Assembly: GCA_038087875.1 (NCBI GenBank)
Contig: JAXLNO010000127.1
Location: forward strand, 1-64,000
Length of the DNA stretch: 64,000 nucleotides
DNA from: Malacoraja senta
Taxonomy: Eukaryota
Direction of reading: 5' to 3'
Part shown: positions 25,987 through 39,265 of the stretch, one piece after another
Numbering within the stretch: position 1 is the first letter of the stretch
Layout of the letters: the number at the start of each line of letters is the position of its first letter
Notes under the pieces: generated by a model
What the model was told of the DNA's origin: nothing
The model's database searches: none
Seen by the model: only the letters and a program-made list of their open reading frames with translations
Position numbers and translations under genes: made by a program

Positions 25987-26536
25987 GTACGTGATCAGGG
26001 GATCCACAGACTCCCTTTCTCCACCTGGTCAACTGAAGCAAAGTCACCCATCCCCGCTGCCTCCTCCATCTCATCCCCACCTCTGTACTGAACACACCCT
26101 CCCACAGGACACCCAGTCACACTGAACCCCCGATAAACCCACCACAGAACAGCCCACTCTCACTGCTACAGGTAAACTCGCCATAGAACAGCTTATTTTC
26201 ACTGTACCTAATAATGCCTTACAACGCTTACAGCGGCAGACACCCAGATTCCATCCTGACTACGGGTGCTGTCTGTTCAGAGTTTGTACGTTTTCCCCAT
26301 GACCTGAGTGGGTTTTCCCTGGTACCTCCGGTTTCCTCCCACATTCCAAAGACGTACAGGTTTGTAGGTTGATTGGCTTGCTTTAATTGTAAATTGTCCC
26401 TAGGCAGGGGGGGAGGGGGGGGTGGGATCTCGTACAGGACAGAGACACGTGAGAGGCTAGAAGTTGGTATGGAGGGTGGTGTGGGGAAGGTTAGTGGACA
26501 GAAGAGGCAGATGCAACATAAAGGGGCCTGATGGGT

Positions 26537-28931
26537 AACATAGAAACATAGAAAATAGGTGCAGGAGTAGGCCATTCGGCCCTTCGAGCCTGCACCACCT
26601 TTCGATATGATCATGGCTGATCATCCAACTCAGTATCCTGTACCTGCCTTCTCTCCATACCCCCTGATACCTTTAGCCACAAGGGCCACATCTAAATCCC
26701 TCTTAAATATAGTCAATGAACTGGCCTCAACTACCTTCTGTGGCAGAGAGTTCCAGAAATTCACCACTCTCTGTGTGAAAAATGTTTTTCTCATCTCGGT
26801 CCTAAAGGATTTCCCCTTAATCCTTAAACTGTGACCCCTTGTCCTGGACTTCCCCAACATTGGGAACAATCTTCCTGCATCTAGCCTGTACAACCCCTTA
26901 AGAATTTTGTAAGTTTCTATAAGATCCCCCCTCAATCTTCTAAATTCTAGCGAGTACAAACCGAGTCTATCCAGTCTTTCTTCATATGAAAGTGCTGACA
27001 TCCCAGGAATCAATCTGGTGTACCTTCTCTGTACTCCCTCTATGGCAAGAATGTCTTTCCTCAGATTTGGAGACCAAAACTGTACGCAATACTCTAGGTG
27101 TGGTCTCACCAAGACCCTGTACAACTGCAGTAGAACCTCCCTGCTCCTATACTCAAATCCTTTTGCTATGAATGCTAACATACCATTCGCTTTCTTCACT
27201 GCCTGCTGCACCTGCATGCCTACTTTCAATGACTGGTGTACCATGACACCGAGGTCTCGTTGCATCTCCCCTTTTCCTAATCGGCCACCATTTAGATAAT
27301 AGTCTACTTTCCTGTTTTTGCCACCAAAGTGGATAACCTCACATTTATCCAGATTATACTGCATCTGCCATGCATTTGCCCACTCACCCAGCCTATCCAA
27401 GTCACCTTGCAGCCTCCTAGCATCCTCCTCACAGCTAACACTGCCCCCCAGCTTGGTGTCATCCGCAAACTTGGAGATGTTGCATTCAATTCCCTCGTCC
27501 AAATCATTAATATATATTGTAAATAGCTGGGGTCCCAGCACTGAGCCTTGCGGTACGCCACTAGTCACTGCCTGCCATTCTGAAAAGGACCCGTTTTCTC
27601 CTACTCTTTGCTTCCTGTTTGCCAGCCAGTTCTCTATCCACATCAATACTGAACCCCCAATACCGTGTGCTTTAAGTTTGTATACTAATCTCTTATGTGG
27701 GACCTTGTCGAAAGCCTTCTGAAAGTCCAGATATAACACATCCACTGGTTCTCCCTTATCCACTCTACCAGTTACATCCTCGAAAAATTATATAAGATTC
27801 GTCAGACATGATTTACCTTTCGTAAATCCATGCTGACTTTGTCCAATGATTTCACCACTTTCCAAATGTGCTGCTATCCCATCTTTAATAACTGACTCTA
27901 GCAGTTTCCCCACTACCGATGTTAGACTAACTGGTCTGTAATTCCCCGTTTTCTCTCTCCCTCCCTTTTTAAAAAGGGGGGTTACATTAGCTACCCTCCA
28001 ATCCTCAGGAACTACTCCAGAATCTAAGGAGTTTTGAAAAATTATCACTAATGCATCCACTATTTCTGGGCCTACTTCCTTAAGTACTCTGGGATGCAGC
28101 CTATCTGGCCCAGGGGATTTATCGGCCTTTAATCCATTCAATTTACCTAACACCACTTCCCGGCTAACCTGGATTTCACTCAGTTCCACTATCTCATTTG
28201 ACCGGCGGTCCCCTGCTATTTCCGGCAGATTATTTATGTCTTCCTTAGTGAAGACAGAACCAAAGTAGTTATTCAATTGGTCTGCCATGTCCTTGTTCCC
28301 CATGATCAATTCACCGGTTTCTGATTGCAAGGGACCTACATTTGTTTTAACTAATCTCTTCCTCTTCACATATCTATAAAATCCTTTGCAGTCAGTTTTT
28401 ATGTTCCCTGCCAGTTTTCTTTCATAATCTATTTTCCCTTTCCTAATTAAGCCTTTCGTCCTCCTCTGCTGGACTGAATTTCTCCCAGTCCTCTGGTAGG
28501 CTGCTTTTTCTGGCTAATTTGTACGCTTCATCTTTTGTTTTGATACTATCTCTGATTTCCCTTGTTATCCACGGATGCACTACCTTCCCTGATTTATTCT
28601 TTTGCCAAACTTGGATGAACAATTTTTGTAGTTCATCCATGCAGTCTTTAAATGCCTTCCATTGCATATCCACCGTCAACCCTTTAAGAATCAATTGCCA
28701 GTCAATCTTGGCCAATTCACGTTTCATACCTTCAAAGTTACCTTTCTTTAAGTTCAGAACCCTTGTTTCTGAATTAACAATGTCACTCTCCATCCTAATG
28801 AAGAACTCAACCATATTATGGTCACTCTTGCCCAAGGGGCCACGCACAACAAGACTGCTAACTAACCCTTCCTCATTACTCAATACCCAGTCTAGAATAG
28901 CCTGCTCTCTCGTTGGTTCCTCTACATGTTG
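26537..28931 (-). mobile_element. CR1 LINE, 5'-truncated, RT largely intact
   Basis: ORFs 26630-27763 (377 aa RT) and 27788-28369; (ATAGAAAC)n tail. Same subfamily as 44747-47295. Confidence 0.95.
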
Positions 28932-31900
28932 GGCAGATGAGCTTAGGGCATGGATAGGTACGAGCGACTGGGACATTGTAGCCATGACTGAAACCTGGTT
29001 AAGGGAGGGGCAGGACTGGCAGCTCAATATTTCAGGCTACGGGAGCTTCAGGAGAGACAGGGGTGAGGGAAAAAGAGGAGGGGGGTTGCATTGTTGGTTG
29101 ATGAGGATGTCACGGCTGTGTTCAGAGGTGACATTACAGACGGATCGTCTAGTGAGGCTATATGGGTGGAGTTGAGGAACAAGAAAGGGATGATCACCTT
29201 GTTGGGTGGGTACTACAGACCCCCAAATAATCAACGGGAATTATAAGAACAAATGTGCCGGGAGATTGCAGACAGCTGCAGGTCAAATAGGTTGTTGTAG
29301 AAGGGGATTTTAACTTTCCCAATATAGACTGGGAAAATCATAGCGTGAAGGATTTAAATGGGGTGCAATTCCTCAAAAGTGTTCAGGAGAGTTTTCTTAA
29401 GCAGTATGTGGAAGCCCCCACATGTGAGAGGGCAACACTGGATCTAGTATTGGGAAATTGGGAAAGGCAAGTTAATGTAGTGTGTGTGGAGGAGCCTTTT
29501 GGGTCCAGTGACCACAGTTCGATTAGGTTTAAGATAGTTATGGATGGGGATGGAGAGGGTCCACGTGTTAAAATGCACAACTGGGGTAAGGCCAACTTTG
29601 AGGGCATGAGAGAAAATCTCACTCAAGTTGACTGGAGCATGTTATTAGATGGGAAAAGTGGGATGTTTTAAGTGTGCTGACGAAAGCTCAGGATATGTAT
29701 GTCCCCGTATAGAGTGAAGGGCAAAGCAAGCAAACGTAAGGAAGCTTGGCTGACGAGGGAAATTGAGTCGTTAGTCAAAAACAAGAAGGATGCATAGGAC
29801 AGGTATAGACAGCTGGGATTAAGTGCATCCCTGGAGGAGTTTCGGGAACTAAGGAGTGAACTGAAAAGTGATCACAAGGGCAAAAAGGGGCCAGGAGATA
29901 GCTCTGGTGGGTAGCAACACTCCCAAAAGATTTTATAAATCCGTAAGGGGGAAAAGGGTAACCAGAGAGTGGGACCTTTAAGGAATCAAAGCAGTCACAT
30001 CTGTGTGGAGCTACAGGAGATGGGCAAGGTCCTGAATGAATATTTCTCCTCTGTATTTACCGAGGAGAAAGACAGTAGGACGGAAGGTAGACAAAAATGC
30101 TGGAGAAACTCAGCGGGTGAGGCAGCATCTATGGAGCAAAGGAATAGGTGACCTATCGGTTCGAGACCCTTCTTCAGACTGATGTGGGGGTGGGCGGGAA
30201 GAAGAAAGGAAGAGGCGGAGACAGTGGGCTGTGGGAGAGCTGGAAAGGGGAGGGGAAGGTGGGAGAAAACTAGGACTTCCTGAAATTGGAGAAGTAATTG
30301 TTCATACCGCTGGGATGGAAACTACCCAAGCAAAATATGAGGTGCTGCTCCTCCAATTTGCGATGGGCCTCACTCTGGCCATGGAGGAGGCCCAGGACAG
30401 AAAGGTCGGATTTGGAATGGGAGGGGAAGTAGAAGTGCCGAGCCACCGGGAGATCAGGTTTGTTAATGCGAACTGTGCGGAGGTGTTGGGTGAAGCGATC
30501 GCCAAGCCTACGCTTGGTCTCACCGATGTAGAGCAGTTGACACCTGGAGCAGCGAATGCAATAGATGAGGTTGGAAGGAGGTGCAGGTGAACCTCTGCCT
30601 CACCTGGAAAGACTGCTTAGGTCCTTGGATGGAGTCAAGGCTGAGGTAAAGCGACAAGTGTAGCATTTCCTGCGGTTTCAAGGGAAAGTACCAGGGGAAG
30701 GGGTGGTTTGGGTGGGAAGGGACGAATTGACCAGGGAGTTACGGAGGGAGCGATCTCTGCGGAAAGCAGAAAGGGGAGGAGATGAGAAGATGTGGCCAGT
30801 CGTGGGATCCCTTTGGAGGTGGCGAAAATGTCGAAGGATTCTCTGTTGTATGTGACGGCTGGTAGGGTGGGGACAAGAGGGACTCTGCCCTTGTTACAAG
30901 AGGGGGGATGGGGATTGAGAACGGAGCTACGGGATATAGACGAGACCCTGGTGGGAGCCTCATCTACAGTCGAAGAGGGGACCCGCCATTCCCTAAAGAA
31001 TGAGGACGTCTCAGATGCCCTTGTTTGGAACACTTCATCCCGGGTGCAGATGCGGCGTAGACGGAGGAATTGGGAGTAGGGGATAGAGTCCTTTCAGGAA
31101 GCAGGGTGGGAAGAAGTGTAGTCCAGATAGCCATGGGAGCCTGGGTTTATAGTAGATGTCGGTCAGTAGTCTGTTACCTGCGATGGAGATAGTGAGGTCT
31201 AGAATCGGTAGGGGGATGTCAGAAATGATCCAGGTGAATTTGAGATGGAAGTTAGTGGTGAAATGGATGACGTCAGTGAGTTCTACATGGGTGCAGGAGG
31301 TCGCTCCAATGCACTCGTCAATGTAGCGGAGGTAGAGTTCGGGGATAGGGCCACAGTACGCCTCGAACAAGGAATTTTCGACGTACCCTACAAAGAGGCA
31401 GGCATAGCTGGGGCCCATGCGCGTGCCCATAACTACGCCTTGGATTTGGAGCAAATAGGAGGAGTCAAAGGAAAAGTTGTTGAGGGTAAGGACCAGCTCT
31501 GCTAGGACTGTAGGACGGAGGAACTTGGAGCAGTCAATGGAAGTGTCTTGACGGCAGTCAGTGTTACTGTCGAGGAAATACTGAAGGTACTGTCGTGTTT
31601 GAAGGTAGACAAATCTCCGGGACCTGATCAGATATATCCGAGGACATTGCGGGAAACTAGAGGGGAAATTGCGGGAGCCCTGGTTGAAATTTACGAGTCG
31701 TCCTTAAGTACTGGAGGGTGGCAAATGTTGTGCCTCTTTTCAAGAAGGGCTGCAGGGAAAATGCTGGGAACTCTTGGCCGGTGTGCATAACATCTGTAGC
31801 TGGAAAGTTACTAGAGAGCATTCTGAGGGATAGGTTATACAGGCATTTGGATGGGCAAGGGCTGATTGGGGATAGCCAGGATGGTTTTGTGCGTGGGAGG

Positions 31901-32258
31901 TCGTGTCTCACAAAGGTATACAAAATCATGAGAGGAATAGATCGGGTCAATGCACAGTTTCTTGCCCAGAGTAGAGGAATCGAGGACCAGAGGACATATG
32001 TTCAAGGTGAAGGGTAAAAGATTTAATAGGAATCCGAAGGGTAACGTTTTCACACAAAAGGTGGTGGGTGTATGGAACAAGTTGCCAGAGGAGGTAGTTA
32101 AGGCTGAGACTACCCCATTGTTTTAAAAAACAGTTAGATAGGTACATGAATAGGACAGGTTTGGAGGAATATGGACTAAGCGCAGGCAAGTGGGACTAGT
32201 GTAGCTGGGACATTGTTGGTCGGTGTGGGCGTTGGGCTGAAGGGCTGTTTCTGCGCTG
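28932..32258 (+). mobile_element. CR1 LINE (different subfamily), split by a PLE and internally deleted
   Basis: DIVAMTETWL, SDH and DKSPGPDQIYPR motifs. At about 31912 it jumps from GRSCLT to KVYKIMRGIDRV, deleting the RT core. Confidence 0.85.
30085..31505 (-). mobile_element. Penelope-like element (RT + GIY-YIG + 3' repeat), 5'-truncated, 14-bp TSD
   Basis: ORF 31035-31454 reads GVVMGTRMGPSYACLFVG...YLRYIDE. TSD GACAGTAGGACGGA (30071-30084) / GACTGTAGGACGGA (31506-31519). Confidence 0.9.
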
Positions 32259-32866
32259 TGCCCTTAAACTAAACTTAAAAAATGATAACCCATTTATTGT
32301 ACCTCGGGTAAACGCACCACAGGCTAAACCACTTGTACTACCCCAGAGAAACCCACTAGAAACATAGAAAAATAGGTGCAGAAGTAGGCCATTCGACCCT
32401 TTGTCTACAAGATAGCTTGCCCTCACTCTACCCCAGATATACCCACCACAGAACAGCCCTCTGATACTGTACCCTAGGTTGACTAATCTTTGCACCAGTG
32501 TCACCATGGCTCTGAGCTTTGGGTGTGTGGAGTGAAGGTCTGTCAGCAGCGTGGGTCCATGGAGGGGTCTGTCCATCTCTTGACCATAATCATTGACCTG
32601 ATTCTGTCTGTTTGATGGGAGCATTCGATTTGCTTGTAACGTGTGTGTGGGACGGAACTGGAGATCCTGTTTTAAACTGAAGATAGACACAAAAAGCTGG
32701 AGAAACTCAGCGGTTCGGGCGGCGTCTCTGGAGAGAAGGAATGGGTGACGTCATCAGATTCCAGAGATGCTGCCCGACCCACTGAAACGGCAGCTTTTTG
32801 TGTCCATTTCGCTTGAGACGGGGTTGGGTTCAATAGCCGGCTGACTTGTGTGTGTTTCCCCTCCAG

Positions 32867-32919
32867 GTGTGTACCTCACGTGAAGAAGTGGATGCTGCTG
32901 GTGTTGCTGGCATTACTGG
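32867..32919 (+). CDS. SUN2: SUN2-like coding exon 6 (CVPHVKKWMLLVLLALL; first part of the TM helix)
   Basis: ctccag acceptor, G|GTAAGG donor, phase 2/1; hydrophobic run after KK. Confidence 0.85.
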
Positions 32920-34669
32920 GTAAGGACCTGCTCCATTTCTTCATCGATCATTGATGTCTGCAGGACAATATGAAGAGAAAATCTTCACAGAGGGTTCGAG
33001 CAGTTGAGGCAAAGCATGAGGAGAAACAGTCAAGTTGAGAGTAAAGGATTAAAAGTAGAGAGAGGCATTGGGGTGGGCCCTGGGCTGTATTTAGCCGTCT
33101 GTTTGACAGAACAACGCTGGCAAATTTATGGTGTAAACTGAGTATCCGGAGGTTACTGAGTATCCAGAGCCCAAGGTTCTTATTGGAATTAGAGAGTGAG
33201 GTCCAAGCAGCTGAATTGAGGATGTGTTATATTGTACAGGCCCAGTGCCTACAAATGCTCATCACACGTCAACCCACTCATTCCTGGGATCATTCTCGTA
33301 AACCTCCTCTGGACTCTCTCCAACACCAGCATATCCTTCTTCAGATGTGGAGCCCAAAACCGCTCACAATACTTCAAATATGGTCTGGCCAGTGCCTTAT
33401 AAAGCCTCAGCGTTACATCTCTGTCTTTCCATTCTATTGTCGGTGCTTGTATTTGATAATCTCGCTGTTCTAACGCGTGCAAAGATGCTAATCTCCAGAT
33501 TGCTCCCAGTAGCTGGTACAGTGAGTGTAGGTGTGGGAAGGGAGTGTGGGTTTGAGTAGGGGAGTGATGGTGCAGGAGGGAGGGCTGTATATTCTTCGGG
33601 CACTGGCACTGGTTCTGAGGACAGGTGGCACCTCGAGGCTGGGACCAATCTCCTCGATGGGTTTGTTAATGCCGTTTGGATGGGTTGGTATGGTTTGGTA
33701 TGGAAGGAAATTTGAGCCAAGAATTGGGGGGAAGATGGGCAGAACAGGGAACGAGGGAAGTTAGTGAGTGAGTGGGAGGAAGAGGAAAGAAAGGCTGGAA
33801 AATCCAATGGAGGAGTGTGGCTCCACTTGATGCAAAGATTCCATCGAGGGGAAAATGTCAAAGGCTAGAGGGCATAGCTTTCAGGTGAGAGTGGCGCCGT
33901 TTAAAGGAGATATGGCCCCAAAGTTGTTTTTTAAGAGTGGTGGGTGTCTGGAACATGCTTCCTGGTATAATGGTGGAAGCAGATACGATAGTTGATGTTT
34001 AAGAATATTTTAGATTTTAGATAGGCACATGGATATGCAGGGAATGGTGGGAAATGGATCACATGCAGGTAGAGATTAGTTTAACTTGGCATCATGTTCG
34101 GCACAGACATTGGGCCGAAGGTCCTGTTCCTGTGCTGTTCTATGTTGGAGGATGACTTGCTTTCACTCTGATTTTGTTCTGAGCAGCTCATTATGGAGAA
34201 GGGAGACTGAGGGATGACAGTACTAGTTAATGAAACGCTGTAAACTGTGAAAAGGATGATATGTGTAGGAAGGAACTGCAGCTGCTGGTTTAAATCGAAG
34301 AAGGGTCTTGACCCGAAACGTCACCCATTCCTTCTCTCTAGAGATGCTGCCTGTCCCACGGAGCTTATTTCAGCATTTGCGACTATCTTCAGAAGGGATG
34401 ATATGTTAGAAAGTCGTCAATGTCGAATGTAAGATGAAAATGGGCAATTGCTGACTTGTGAGTGCACTGTTGACCCCAAATAGGGTGTGAGAGAGAACAA
34501 GTGTAAGTGTGCAAGGACAATGTTATTGGATTTCAATTCCCCGGAGGTGAATCGTGATTAGTTGTAGCTATTCATACGAGGGGGATAATATTGTTACAGT
34601 AAACAAATGTGAAATATTGTATGGGACGTGCAGAGAATAAGGGGAGGCATCAAGGGTCGGTCAATTTAG

Positions 34670-35292
34670 TCAATGGGTAACTCACCAGGCTCGGATGAAA
34701 TGTATCCCAGGATGTTGAAGGGAGCCAGGGAAGAAATTATAGATGCTCTGACCGTGATATTTTGGTTCTTCCTCACTGCAGGAGTAATACTGGAGGATTG
34801 GATTACTAACATACTGTTGTTTAAAAAGGGAGCATGGGAGAACCCAAATAATTACAGGCCAGTTTGCTTAACCTGTGGAGGACAAATTATTGCAATCGAT
34901 TCTAAATGGTATAAAATTCATTTAGAAGTGAATGATTTTTAGAACTGAGAGTAAGCATGAGGTACAGCAGGCAGTGAAGAAAGCTAATAGCATGTTGGCC
35001 TTCATAACAAGAGGAGTTGGGTATAGGAGCAAAGAGTTCCTTCTGCAGTTGTACGGGGTCCTAGTGAGACCACTGTGTGCAGTTTTGGTCTCCAAATTTG
35101 AGGAAGGACATTCTTGCTAGTGGATGCCAATTCTATGGATGCTTCCAAGAGAGTTAGATAGAGCTCTTAAAAATAGCGGAGTCAGTGGATATGGTGAGAA
35201 GGCAGGAACGGGTTACTAATTGTGGATGATCAGCCATGATCATATTGAATGGTGGTGCTGGCTCGAATGGCCTACTCCTGCACCTATTGTCT
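34670..35292 (+). mobile_element. CR1 remnants
   Basis: SPGSDEMYPRML...NYRPVCLT and QQAVKKANSMLAFI peptides, plus a CR1 3' UTR. Confidence 0.75.
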
Positions 35293-35529
35293 AAAAGTTG
35301 AGTTAAGGAGAGGTCGCCAGCATGGAGTTCTTGCAGGAAGGCTCTGTCTGACTGATGGTTACATTGTTTGAGTTGGTGACAAAGAATTGATAAGGGCAGC
35401 ATGTTTCATGGAGACTATGGTTTTCAGTGAGGTTTTTGGCAAGGCCCCATATGGCAGGTTGGTCAAAAGGTAAAAGGTGAGTGGTACATTGGAACCAAAA
35501 TTAGATATCTGGTAAAAAGCAAAGGTTAA

Positions 35530-36075
35530 TGTGTGGGAAGGAACTGCAGATGCTGGTTTACACCGAAGATAGACACAAAATGCTGGAGTAACTCAGCGGG
35601 TCAGACAGCAACTCTGGAGAAAAGAAATAGATGATGTTTTGGGTCGAGACTCTTCTTCAGACTGAGAGTTGGGGGGAAAGGGAAATGAGAGATATAGACA
35701 GTGATGTAGAGAGATGTAGAACAAATAAATGAAAGATATGCAAAAAAGTAACAATGATAAAAGAAACAGGCTGTTGTTAGCTGTTTGTTGGGTGAGAAAG
35801 ACTACAGACAATGAGACTCATCAAGTTGACTTTGAAGCTGGTACAACCTGGGTGGGGGAGGGATGGAGAGAGAGGGAATGCAAGGTTTACATGAACTTAT
35901 AGAAATCAATATTCATACCATTGGGTTTTAAGCTGCCCAAGCAAAATATGAGATGTTGTTCCTCCAATTTGTGTTTGGCCTCACTCTGAGAAATGTTAAG
36001 TGTGGGAATGGGAAGGGGAATTAAAGTGTTTGGCAACCGGGAGATCAGGTGGGTCCAGGCAGACTGAGCACAGTG
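35530..36075 (-). mobile_element. Short PLE-derived element
   Basis: KLEEQHLIFCLGSLKPNGMNIDF on the minus strand; degenerate hammerhead-like core at about 35635-35662. Confidence 0.75.
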
Positions 36076-36141
36076 AGCGGACTGAGGCGACTGCATACCT
36101 TGAATGTTGCTTGCTTCAGTGCAACCTTTCTGCCTCTGCAG

Positions 36142-36215
36142 GTGTTGGCCTCTTGATGTCATCCAGAGGTATCTGGTCTCATCCCGAGAAGCTGGGCGCG
36201 CTGGAAAGCAATCAG
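36142..36215 (+). CDS. SUN2: SUN2-like coding exon 7 (GVGLLMSSRGIWSHPEKLGALESNQ)
   Basis: ctctgcag acceptor, CAG|GTGACC donor. Phase 1/0 bridges the neighbouring exons and completes the TM helix. Confidence 0.75.
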
Positions 36216-36911
36216 GTGACCCCCTGACCGTCCCATCCTCGTGCACTCTCGCTCTTCCTCCTGGAGCCCTCCGCCTCCGCAGGTCATGGCTGCCCGTGAG
36301 CAGTCCGGGTGTCTGGGGTTATGGGGAGAAGGCAGGAGAATGCGGTTAGGAGGAAGAGATAGATCAGCCATGATTGAATGGCGGAGTAGATGGGCTGAAT
36401 GGCGTAATTCTGCTCCTATCACTTATGGCCTTGCCAAGCAAGTTGGCAAACTGGGCTCATTTGGCCCACAGTCCTCTAAACCCTTTGTCAATATTTCTGT
36501 CCAATTGTCTTTGCAGAGTGTCAGAAACCAGTGAGTACCTGGTGGATCTTGGCATTCACTGAAACTCTTCCACAGCAGTAGGAGCTTCTAATGCATATTT
36601 AATATTCCATGTGTGGGTTTTAGTAGATTGGAAGTTGTTCTTCGTCCTTCTGCGGCCAAGTCTGACTCAATCGGCCAATCACAATACCGAATACATTTGG
36701 CTGGCCCTCCCTGCTTGTGCATGGACTTCAATCAGCCATCCCTCCCGGCTTCTCACTGTGCCTTTGTCTAGTTGCCCGTTCACTTACACTGGAGGCCTGT
36801 CCTCCTGATGCAGCTGATGCTTGCAGTGGGAATGGCATGTGAATTGGCCTCAGCACTAGTGCAGCTAGTGGCATGTGCTTTGCAGATCTGAAAGGGAAGG
36901 GTGGGAGAGAG

Positions 36912-37804
36912 CATGGGAGGAAATCCGGGGGGGGGGGGCACTGCCCCCATGTTTTGAGAGGTGGGGGGCAATCCCCCCCCCCCCCCCATGTTTTGTAATT
37001 CGGATTTTGAAATTCGGTGAAAATAAATCTAATAAAATCTCCGCTTACCGCGAGACAGTGGGGATGTCACTGTTAAGCGCTTGTTAATTGTCTCTAATAA
37101 CATCGTATTAACACGATGTGTCACCAATTGTGTTTTGACCTTCAAGTATTACTGAAGGTATTCACGGAGAATTTCTTAAAGCTGTCTGATGCGGGTACAA
37201 TTACCATTTGAACTAATTGGATGTATTGGTGGATGGGAAAGATTTAAACGGTTCGAACGGGTTTCCTGGCTCGCTTGCAGGTAAGTCCTTCATTCAGGTC
37301 CCTCACGTTATTTAGTATTTTTTTCCCATCTCTCTCTTTCCCCCTCCAAGGTCGGCTCTTCTGTCAGCCTTTATGTGCTTCAGTTTTATTTGTTTAAGTG
37401 TTATTTATCACATTGTAGCTTTTGAAAGATTCAAGCGCGTATCAGACGTTTTCTCAGGGCTGAATTGGCTGATTCGTGGTGCCTTTCATCGCCTGACACG
37501 GCTTAAAATCAATCTGCTGCATCAAGGCGATCGAGGCTCCCGATGTTGAAGCCCCCGCCAGCCGATTTTAAACCACGCCGGACAATGAAAGGCCCTGCAA
37601 ACGGGCCGATTCAAGCCCCACTATTCGGGGTGGATGAAGCTGCTGTTGCTGGACTTCGGAGTCGGTCATCAACCAGGTCAGATCTCGATGTTACTGTCCA
37701 CATGGCCCACGGCCGAAGCCTCATGTGTGTGTGTGTGCACGCATGCACGTGGCTACCAAGGAATTGTATCCCCCCCCATCTTTTGATTGCGATTTCCGCC
37801 TCGG
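36912..37804. mobile_element. Putative non-autonomous hAT element
   Basis: Imperfect TIR CATGGGAGGAAATC / GATTTCCGCCTCGG (10/14) and flanks GGAGAGAG / AGAGAGAG (7/8, in a GA-rich site). Confidence 0.5.
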
Positions 37805-37921
37805 AGAGAGAGAGAGTACCCAAGAATGACAGCAGGGGCAGTGCACCTCCTTGAAGTCACCCTCTGAATCCCACTCCAGCCTTCCCTAACTGATTTCTGA
37901 ATGAAGTACAAAGCTGCAGGT

Positions 37922-38390
37922 TCAGTTTAGTTTAGAGATAGAGCATGGAAGCCGGCCCTTTGGCCCACCGAGTCCGCACCGACCAGCGATGCTCGCACAT
38001 TATCACTACTCGACACACACCAGGGACAATTTTACATTTATAGCAAGCCAATTAACCAACAAACCTGTACGTCTTTGTAGTGTGGGAGGAAACCAAAGGT
38101 CTTGGAGAAAACCCATGCAGATCACGGGGAGAACGTACAAACTCTGTTCAGACAGCACCCGTAGTCAGGATCGAACCCAGGTCTCTGGCGCTGGAAGACA
38201 GCAAGAGCCACCGTGTCGCCCCTCGGATGTGGGAGGAAACCGGAGCAACCGGAGGGAACACCCGCGGTCATAGGGAGAATGTACACAAGAGAGCACCCAA
38301 GGTCTGGGTCAAACCCAGATCTCTTACACTGCGAGGTAACTTGGTCGGCTTCAATGTTGGGCTGAAGGGCCTGTCTCCGTGTTGTATGAT
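37922..38390 (-). mobile_element. Tandem HE1-like SINE copies
   Basis: Two successive reverse-complement SINE cores; (TTTAG)n tail at about 37922. Confidence 0.75.
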
Positions 38391-38956
38391 TCTGCAGACC
38401 TGAGCCCTGTGCTTTCAGATCAGCAGCAAGGACCCATACTGCAGTCGTCCAGGCTCCAAACACCACTGAACCGACCACTGTGCACAACTGCACAGACTTG
38501 CTAGACATTAAATGCTGGAGTAACTCAGCAGGTCAGGCAGATTCACTGGAGAAAAGGAATAGGTGACATTTCTGGAAGGTCTCGACCCGAAACGTCACCT
38601 ATTCTTTCTCTCCGGAGATGCTACTTGACTCGCTGAGTTACTCTAGTTTTTGTGGCTATCTTCGGCTTAAACCAGCATCTGTAGTTCCCTCCTATGCATT
38701 CTGACAGCTTGCTAGCTGGTCTCTCGACACTAGCCGTGCTGTGCAGCTTTGAGCTCCACGCCCATGTGTGTGGTTTGCACACCCTTCGTTAGCTGCCCGC
38801 TTCTGTGTGGCCAGCTCACCTCCCTCGTGAGAAAAATGCATTTGCCAACTCATACTTATTTAGATCCAAAGCATTCTCGGGGTAATCTTTGTCATTTGAC
38901 GGTTACCGCACATGGTATAGATGTCTGCTCCGGTCAGTAAATGTGGAATCAAGGAC

Positions 38957-39265
38957 GGCACGGTCGCATAGCGGTAGAGTTACTGCCTTACAGCGCTTGC
39001 AGCACCAGAGACCCGGGTTCAATCCTAATTACGGGTGCTGTCTGTACGAAGTTTGTACGTTCTCTTCGAGACTGCATGGGTTTTCTCCGAGATCTTCGGT
39101 TTCCTCCCACATTCCAAAGACATACAGGTTTGTTGGTTAATTGGCTTGGTATAAATTGTCCCTAGTATGTCTGGGACAGTGTTAGTGCACGGGGATCGCT
39201 GGTCGGTGCAGACCCGGTGGGCCAAAGGGCCTGTTTCCTTGCTGTATCTCTAAACTAAACTAAAC
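38957..39265 (+). mobile_element. HE1-like V-SINE, full length
   Basis: A-box-like GGTCGCATAGCGG, B box GGTTCAATCC (39016-39025), core, and a (TAAAC)n tail. Confidence 0.85.

Noticed and set aside
37281..37350. Strong GTAAGT donor and pyrimidine-rich acceptor 70 nt apart
   Set aside because: They lie inside the putative hAT element and have no matching upstream acceptor or frame for the SUN gene.
38419..38503. Possible extra luminal exon (tttcag acceptor; one frame reads SAARTHTAVVQAPNTTEPTTVHNCTD)
   Set aside because: The phase-0 frame hits TGA, no donor is visible before the repeat insertion, and 36215 joins 40468 in frame without it.
38957..39030. tRNA gene
   Set aside because: The A/B boxes are the tRNA-derived head of a SINE and continue into the SINE core and tail.
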